A stretch of DNA of 63,936 bases, filler included, from Platydemus manokwari (taxonomy: Eukaryota), in assembly GCA_037951405.1 (NCBI GenBank). It is 6 parts of 6 records of this genome, joined end to end, with 100 filler letters (N's around TTAATTAATTAA, not from the genome) between each part and the next. Parts side by side here need not be neighbours in the genome. Positions count along the whole stretch, not along the records: positions 55,221 to 63,936 come from JBBMOY011361093.1; 5 more parts are not named here. One strand, written 5' to 3'. The notes below the pieces were generated by a model. The model worked only from the letters and a program-made list of their open reading frames with translations, ran no database searches and had not been told where the DNA came from. Both the position numbers and the translations under genes were made by a program. Of the stretch, positions 55,221-63,936 are shown piece after piece. Numbering within the stretch: position 1 is the first letter of the stretch; each line of letters opens with the position of its first letter.

Positions 55221-56880
55221 TTTATATATTTATATTAATGATATCTAAAATGATGATTTTGCTTTATAAATTCAGTTATCTTAATTAATTAATAAAAATT
55301 CCTGTTCAAACATAAAATACCTAACGATAGATAATATTCATTTTAAATAAAACTTTGTTACATAACCTAATCAAAAAAAATTTTAAATTAGTTCTTTGCT
55401 TTAAAATTGACTTTAGTAATGCCATTAATTAATTTTTAAAAATTTTTCAAATAATTATTGACTTTTTAATTTTTAAATAACTAAAATAGTTATTTTTTAA
55501 TTCGAATAAAATTTAGTTGACCATATACGTTGATACATGTTATTGGAAAACAACCTTTTTCACTCCTCAGCTATACCAATAATCTAATTATCTAATAAAT
55601 AGAAATTAGAAAGCTAATACTTCCACCAACTTTTTGTATGAACTCTTAAATCCCTTGTGTAAATTATCAATCCATTTTAAATATTTTCCATCAACGAAAA
55701 AACTGTTCGATTTAAGATTTATGATTAACAATTGTGAATATCCGTATATTATTGATTGAAAGATATTAGAAATCAGTGATCAAAATAATTATGATGCTTT
55801 CCTGATGCAATTAATGTCAGAAGAATTAAACCGGTATATATCTAATTATCATAAATCAAGAAATGATTTTAAAGTTGTGACATTTAATTCTTAAACATTC
55901 ACATATAATAAAATATAAATATACTAAAAAAAATATTGCAAATAAAATATTTTTTGTGTTGACTTCTAAAGATTGTTTTTAATGCTCATTTAATTTAATA
56001 ATAGCAGATGATACACCTGAAAAATAAACCCCATTTCCCGTGTGTAATAATCTGATATAACCCCTACTTGTCTTTGTATTTTTCAGAAAAATATATGATA
56101 TTAGTTGCTTTTATTATTAATTTATTTAATATAAATGTAATTATATTTCTTTACTTAATATATAACATGAGTCTAATATTTTATATATAGTGCAATTACC
56201 TAAGTGATTTTAATATTAATAATTAATATTTGAATTTCGTTAAGCACCCTTCAGATTTTCGGGTGGATTTTCTCATTTTAGTAGAGGTGAACAAATGCCA
56301 AAAATTACGAAAGTCGATTTATCAGGGATTTGTAAAAATGATAATTTTTATTTATAGAGCAAAGAAAAACTGTACTTATTCCATTATTTGTCTTTTTCTT
56401 AAAACTGAAATAATTACAATTGCTCTTTTCTCAATTCGCTCAATGATTTTTATCGTTTAATTATTCGATGGGATTTTATTTTCGTTTCATTAGTTATGTC
56501 TGTGATTTGGTTTTTTTAATATTTCAATTTAGAACCCATTTTCCAGATATTCTATCTTCAATCCATCTGGCTCGTTTAATAATTGTCTCACAAATCGCTA
56601 GTTGATGTAAATGATGATCTTTTTGAAAATAATTTGATGGAAATTTTTTTCCATATTTTTGAAATTATTGTGAATAATTAATGAGTTTTTGGAGATGCAA
56701 ATAAAACATTTACATTTTGTTTAAATACGAGAAAAAAATCGATCAAGACAGACCTGATTCAATATGATTATTCGACAAGGAATTTTTCAGCTGAACGTAT
56801 TTTATCTTAGACGTAAAAATTACTGATATTTAAACAGAATTTAATAGAAAAACTAACGAAACCTTGACATTTTCGAACAT

Positions 56881-57501
56881 TTAAAAGAACAGCATCGGCT
56901 TAATTTAAGAAAAAGGTCAATTGACCTACTTTCGTAATAATGAATTTCCACGTACGTGATAATTTTATAGCTTAATTTTATATATAACTGTTATCTTTGA
57001 TTTATTTGCATAATTCAGTTAAGATGTCTAATAGGGAAAAAACGGAAATTTAAAATCAAGTCTCTATTATAATCACAATACTTCTATACACTTATTTGAG
57101 TTTTTTTAATTTTAATTTATAAATATAGTTATTTAACAAGGGACATTTTCAAATAATATCATTGCTTATTTTTATAAAATAATTGTAAAAATTTAGAGAA
57201 TATTTCAATTTGTTTCTAATGTTAAAACAAAGGGTTTTTCGCTCATTTTCAATAAATTGCAATTTGACCTTTTTTGATCCCTTTTTCAAATGATCAAATT
57301 TGAGGGGATTTTGAAGTTCTGGTATGTTTAATATTTTATTTCAAACAACTAGAATTCTTCCTAATTATTTAAATAAAAAAATTCAAAATGTTTTCAAAGA
57401 ATGTAATTCAATAAACTATATAGATCTTTGCAATACACACAACAAATTTAAAAAATTATTTTAGGACCCTATGGCTTAATTTTAGCCACAGCATCTTTTA
57501 A
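56881..57501 (+). mobile_element. Full-length TTAA-flanked MITE (Kolobok/T2-like), about 613 bp
   Basis: TTAA-aagaacagcatcggcttaatttaag ... cttaattttagccacagcatctt-TTAA: imperfect TIRs with purine/pyrimidine termini and a TTAA TSD. Confidence 0.8.
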
Positions 57502-59094
57502 TTGGATAGTTAATTTAATACAATGGTTATTTTTGTATCGCTCGATATTTTCAGTCATAAAATGTTGAGTTGCTAAGCAATGTTATACAACAATCATATA
57601 AACTATAATATGTATTCCTCGTTTGAACTATTTGGTGTGCAATTAAGATCAATAAACTTACAGAATGGGTGAATCACAATCGTCGTGTGTTCAATCAAGT
57701 TGTGTTTCGGATTGCAAAAACTATCTATAAACATTTGATTAATTATTTTTTGGAATTATTGTTCCATAGGATACCATTTTTATTGTCAGATCCCATTTGA
57801 GTCCAGTTTTTATACAACATAAAACTTCTGATCAATGTTATTTTTTGATTTTACTGAACATATTTATTCCAAATGTTAATCACAGCATTGATCGGCAATA
57901 TATCTTCCACCATGTTAATATTTATTCAATCAATGATATTAATATTTTGAAAATTTAAAATCAAATTTATCATTTATTAGCGACAATTTGAAGATATCAA
58001 TTTCTCATTACTCATAAAAATGTATTTTGAAAATCCATCTTCACTGACAATTTCGTTATTTTATTAGTTTTAATGAGGATTTTAGTTAGGGGAAATTTTG
58101 TTGTTAATTTTGGAAATTTCTTTCTCAAAATTGCTACTTCCAGCGGGTTATCGAAATGACTTCGGAAGAAGAGCTTATTGGCATTTATGAGGGCAATCAA
58201 AAGTTTTAATTAATTTTCTGAATTTTCTATTTTCTACTGCTGAACACCGAAATGTGTTTTTAATTGTTAATGAATTATTTATTATTATTAAATTAGGTAG
58301 GAAAAGAATTTTTCTTAATTTAATTATTATTTAAATTTTAATGGATTCTTTGAAGAGAAAATTTTTCATTTGTTTCCATAGCATTATTATCCATCTTAAG
58401 TAAACAGGTTTTCGTGCAGTAATTTTTTAAAGTACATCAAGATAAAAATTTCGTTTTTTGTTTTAATTGAAGTAATAAATGGGAAATTTTCCTTCGTAAT
58501 TTTTTCCCATCATCCACATCATGATTATGAATTTATAATTACAAGCAATTTATAAATCTCTTGAAGTTTGATTTTGATAAGAATTTTCAATTTCGAATCA
58601 AATATGGAACTTTACATTATTGCAACAAACGCTAGTCGGTATGATTTCATTACAACAAAAATTATAGACTTTTAAATATTAGCTTGGAACTCTAAAGATG
58701 TTTGCTAAATTTAAATTAGTTTAGGCAAACATGTTTCAGTGATTTTTTTATACTGCAACCAACCAATCCAGTGATTTTCAACCACGGTCTAGCGAGGTTA
58801 AACGAAGTGGACTGCGAGTAACTTATGTTCAATGGTTTCCAGTTATACAAAAGTACGATACTGAGACTACATCTTCAACAATATTTTTGCATATGAACAC
58901 GTATAAGATTTTTCTCAAAAAACATGTTCAGTTCGTTGACCTAGGTCTATATGAATGTGTTGGGTTATTGGCAACAATTTGAATCTGAAAATCTATATTA
59001 AATAAAATAATACACTCAAATTCTCAATAATTATTATAACAAATCTTTACGCAATTCAAAGAAAATCATTTAAGATGGAATCAGTGCTTGAAAG

Positions 59095-59550
59095 TCAAAA
59101 ACCGAATGAAGAATAATCAAAAAGACTGATTATTGAAATCACACGTAAGCTAAACAGTGAAATTATCAACCGGAAAACTGGCAAGAATTCATGGAATTCA
59201 ACCTCTTTTATAGACCCATCGAGTGTGTCTGCTTGACATCGCGGAACTTTGTTTTCGATTCGCTGAATTTGTTTGTAGATCGATTTACTTGAGATTTTCC
59301 TTATATCTCCCATGTCATTGGCGGATATTTGAGCTTGCTGCCGTTTGTAGGCAAGTGCCTGCCTGTTCTTAGCCTCTAAAAGTGGATTAATATTAGAAAG
59401 AACCTGATTGGTTAACGACACGTGAATTAATCGGGTTTGTGTGTATTGACCCTTTTTAGGGTTTTTCCTTGGTTCTTGGGACCCTGTTGACTGATTTGTG
59501 ATATACCCAACAAGAGGTAGATATGTAGCGGTTAGAGGTAGCATTATCAA
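59095..59550 (-). other. Open frame of a dispersed repeat/gene family of unknown function (non-ATG start in ORF track)
   Basis: 151-codon open frame whose core (about 59185-59515) aligns at DNA and protein level with 52600-52915 on another scaffold piece. Confidence 0.5.
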
Positions 59551-60394
59551 AAAAAAAGTAAAATAAAAGGTAAGAATTTTAATATTTTTTAAGATATTTA
59601 CGACTAATATTTACATGTAATTTTAAGAATAGGATCAGTTTTATGGGATTTCGCTACGAATTGGGTGTTTGCATATACAGGTTATATAACGGCAATAAGA
59701 CTAAGAATATCGTATCAATTTGCTATTTCAACACCATTACTAAGTGAGAAGTTTTTATTATTCACTTTTAATAATATATTATTAAGAATTATTCATTGTA
59801 TGGAAAATTTCAGATTTTAATTGTCAGCTCAATTATTGATATTCGCTCCATGAATCAATTTATACGAAAATTTCCACTTCAATCGAAATTATTGATTTCA
59901 CTTTAAAATGATTTCTTGGCATTTTTATTTACTGTTATTTGAATACTCTTATCCATATTAGAAAAGCCGCAATGTCAAATATTGATGTATTGTCAAACAA
60001 ACCTCAACAATCTCAAGAAATTACTATCCAAACTATCATTAAGAAGTCTGCATTTATATTGATAACATAAAATTAAACCTAATACTCATCAATATCAAAC
60101 AGTGTTTCGAATTTACTAAATAGTGATTCGCTCATTACAATGGCCCAACGTGACAGTATTTCAGTTCGCGCACAACTGTTTAGCTAATTTATCTATTTAA
60201 ATCACATTAAAAGTTTAGAATCAGAATAAAATTTAGACAAAATATCTGACAAAATATTTGAACTTTTATGTATAATTGTGTCTGATAAACAACAATTCAA
60301 TATGATCAATGTCATTTAACTTTAATAAATGCAAAACGAAAATTACAGAATCTTAACGAAATAAACAATATTAATTATGTATATTTAAGATAAC

Positions 60395-60449
60395 AAGAAC
60401 TAATTAAGCACTAATAAAGAACTAATTAAGAACTAATTAAGAACTATTT
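60395..60449. repeat. Tandem repeat, 5 x 11 bp (AAGAACTAATT)
   Basis: aagaactaatt aagcactaata aagaactaatt aagaactaatt aagaactattt. Confidence 0.85.
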
Positions 60450-63400
60450 AAATACCAGCTCACGAGATAGTATTAGTTAATACATCCAAGCACTGTCAAA
60501 TAGTTATTAAAGCAGAGGTCTTCAAATAGTTAACACCCTACTTCTGACTACGAATTCTCAAACAGAGAACACTAATCTTGGAAATACAAGCAAATAACAT
60601 TATCATAAAAATTTTTTCAATTAATTTCTACAGTTATAAGTTCCTATGATATTTATTAATATTATTTTTCCTATTCGTTCAACAAACTATAAATTAACTG
60701 TTGTATTTTCAAATAAATTATACCCTCATACATTATTTTTGCACAGTAATTAATCGCAACAGTGAGTTATTGAATTTTTGATAATATTCAACATTTGTTA
60801 AAATTAATAATTAGTTTTGTATATTTTGTGTTTGATTTTTGTCTGCTATCCCTGTTTTAAAACCCTAGAATTATAATTTTCAATTTTTGAGAATGTCGAT
60901 TTTTCAGTTTCTGCGTTTATACACTCGTGTGAGTTTGAGTTTCAATGAAATGGATTTTCTGGTTTATCATGATTCTGATTGGTCATTAGAGGTGTTCATA
61001 TATTGGTGTAGGGAAAAATAAGGAATAAACGAAATTTATTTTTTGAACATTATTAAACACTTAACAATATCGAGAAGTCTATTTTTAAAAATCAATATTT
61101 GTAATACAATTTTGACAATCCAGTAATCGATAGTCTAACGATATTAAAATTTACTTAAATATTTCCAAAAGATTCTATATAATAGAAAATTCAGCTATTT
61201 AGTTATGGGGATTATGCTATTAATTTTTTGAGAAAATTAATATTGAACCAAATGTCATTGAGAAAACAATGGATGGAATAATGTTGATGGATATAAGCTA
61301 CTTATTTTTTAGTTTTTATGAATTTAAATATTTCAAAGCATTCATTTGTCGTACTGGCATCTGCAATCGAAATTTGTATTTTAAATATAAAACAATAGCA
61401 ACGATAATAGTAACAAATATAATAACAATAATAAATATTAATATTATTTAATAAGTATTATTAAATAAATATTATTAATAAATATTAATATTAATCATAA
61501 TAAATATTAAAAATAATTCTTATATGAATTGTAGAAATAATAATAAAAATAATAATAATTGTGAGAATTATATAATCTAAATTTAAAATATATTACAAAT
61601 AATATCTAAAGATATTAGTTTGTTTAAATAAATGGACTTGTATGTAATGTGATGTCGCGTCTTTTCACTTCGCATTCTTTATAAAATATTAGAAATTTAC
61701 AATCACAATAATAATAAATTAAAATTAATTAAATTTATTTATTTGAAATTGTGTTGTTATGAAATATATTTTATGTGACCTTATTAATGATGATTTTGGG
61801 GGTCTATCGTTTCCTTTTATTTTAATTTCAAAGTTTGAATTTCACTTGTTTTGACAATATCTGAGTCTAATTAGATCTCTGAGTCCGTATGACCCACAGG
61901 TAATCACTAAACATAATATTTTTGATATTATTTCGCGTCGATCACACCAATCCACGTATGAAAACTGGATGGGTGGCTCTAGATATTGCTTTAATGATTT
62001 ATATTATTATTAACTTTTAACTACTTTAACATATCTTGCCAAAAAGGTGATGAGATGATTTTTGATAATGATAATATTTACAGAAAATTATTTGTGGAAC
62101 CTAATGGAACTTGCCGATTTAATATCAAAAACCAATTTCCTTGATAAAAAGTTTACTAATATAAATTACTACAGTTATATGACGATAGCAATAAGCTTAT
62201 AAATTACTACTTGTATATGATTAATAAAAATTAGATTTTACAAATACTTCTATACACATAAACGGCAAGAGTTTAGACACAATTCTGGACAAAGCTCCGG
62301 TTAACAATGCTCCCAATCTACTCGTCTATACAATATTTGTGGGTTCAAGAATGTGCGGATGGATGAAAATTATGAATGATTTTATATTTATTGTATCTTA
62401 CTATATCTTCCCATGTAATTGATGTTCTTCCAGTATAAATACTGGGCATATACAAAGTCTGGATCCGTTATGCGCAATCGAATCTTCTTCCCTGGATTGT
62501 AATACTGGCGTGATGTATTACCGCGCTTTGAAATAAATAAGTATGCGTCGATTCTGTCAATGTGCTGCTGTCCTACTTTAGTTATTGTGCTATTGTGTCG
62601 TTTATTAATTGCAGTCACTGCCTTATATGGCCAGCGTTGACTCATTCGTGGATATTTTCTGCGAATATTTATTTATTATCGTGCATATATGTTTAATGCA
62701 CTGTAATATTTCAAGGCAGTGAAAAATTCTCTGCCATTAACTCTACCAAGTCAGAGAGAAATTCTCTGTGATTATTTTATTCCATGGATATTAAATTTAA
62801 TGCATATTTTTTTAATGTGATGCTTTTTATTCAATTCATGATATTTATTTGATGTATAGCTATTTAATTTATTTTAGTTGTATATTTTATCTGCAATGCG
62901 CGATAATAGATGTTAGATATTTACTGCGCGATAACACATTATGGGTTATTTTATAGGTATTTTTTAGAATAAAGGAGATTTTTAAAGGGTTTTTCATTGT
63001 AATATTTTAAAGGATACTTTAAACGGGTAATGCAATATTATTTTGGGTCTAAAATAAATTGTATTTAATTTATATCAGCCGCAGAACTTTTCCAGAATTA
63101 TAATCCAAAAATCTTTCATACAATTAAATATTATTTTCATGCAGAATACTTCAGATTTATGCTTTCATAACTCTTAATATTTTTCCTGTTTTTATCTAAT
63201 AAATTAAATTTTATATTTTAACTTTCCTATGCCTTTGTTGAGAGAATCTCGACAGTTATTTTAATATATATTTAATCCTACACTTTTTGTCGCAATTAAT
63301 TAAAATATTTGCGACCTTTTAATTAATTTTCTTATTTTAGTATTCGGGAAGATGCATGGTTAGGTCTGAATCTCTATTCACTATACTGCTGAAAACGTTT

Positions 63401-63884
63401 TGGAGTAATTATAATCTCATTTACCTTTATTAATATAAATTTACAAGGCAAAAACATCACTGGTCAAAATTCTCAAATATCAAGATGTACTGGGCATAAT
63501 AGTTATTATTATAATTATTGTTATACGTACCAAGTTATTAGTTATTAATATATAATAATATTATTACATTATTATAATTTTTATTGTCATTATTTGGGTT
63601 ACAAGTCCATGAATAATTATATTTTACTGAAAAATACCTTTATTGTATCAGACCCTCTTTGGTATTGCAACACTTTTAACAAAGCTTGTGCGAATCTGAT
63701 GTGTCTTCACATCCAATTGGGTAAGTACTTATAATTTTTCGATCAAGTTCTGCTCAAAGAGAATTGATTAATTTTTAAACTTCGAAATAAATAAAATAAT
63801 TATTGAAATGTCAGCATCATAACAATAATTATTATGAAATGATAGCAATAATAATGCCAAACATAATTGTGATAATAATATTAA

Positions 63885-63930
63885 AATAATAAAAATAAAA
63901 ATAATAATAATAATAATAATAATAACAATA
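63885..63930. repeat. (AAT)n microsatellite
   Basis: aataataataataataataataac near window end. Confidence 0.85.
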
Positions 63931-63936
63931 GTAACA

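Noticed and set aside
62388-62645. 85-aa minus-strand ORF in a GC-richer patch
   Set aside because: No recognisable motif or splice structure; probably repeat debris, not supportable
1-63936. Hammerhead ribozymes, spliced-leader RNA, rRNA, tRNA, CRISPR arrays
   Set aside because: By eye, the CTGANGA hits I checked lack flanking stems and GAAA, and no SL, rRNA or tRNA signature was seen. An Infernal/tRNAscan-SE run would be needed to exclude them.

Overview
Very AT-rich, gene-sparse animal genomic DNA. Short 43-57 bp GT-AG introns and an invertebrate-type peptide GPCR suggest a flatworm such as a planarian, but that is inference only. The window is not one locus. Five identical 100-nt spacers (N44-TTAATTAATTAA-N44) join six pieces of about 9-13 kb, so adjacency across spacers probably means nothing biologically. 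Intact genes: ER chaperone BiP/HSPA5 (2 exons, ends KTEL, ERSE-like promoter element), an intronless class A orphan peptide-type GPCR, GDP-forming succinyl-CoA ligase beta (SUCLG2, 6 exons, minus strand), and a 211-aa orphan single-pass membrane protein with a Cys-rich, FnIII-like ectodomain and a Tyr/NPxY tail. Also present: a ubiquitin-conjugating E2 pseudogene, a decayed Merlin (IS1016/ISXO2-type) transposon, a multi-copy TTAA-flanked (Kolobok/T2-like) MITE family, hAT and pogo-like MITEs, other TE debris and microsatellites. I found no convincing multi-gene novel system. The orphan membrane protein and two unexplained decayed ORF families are the best leads.
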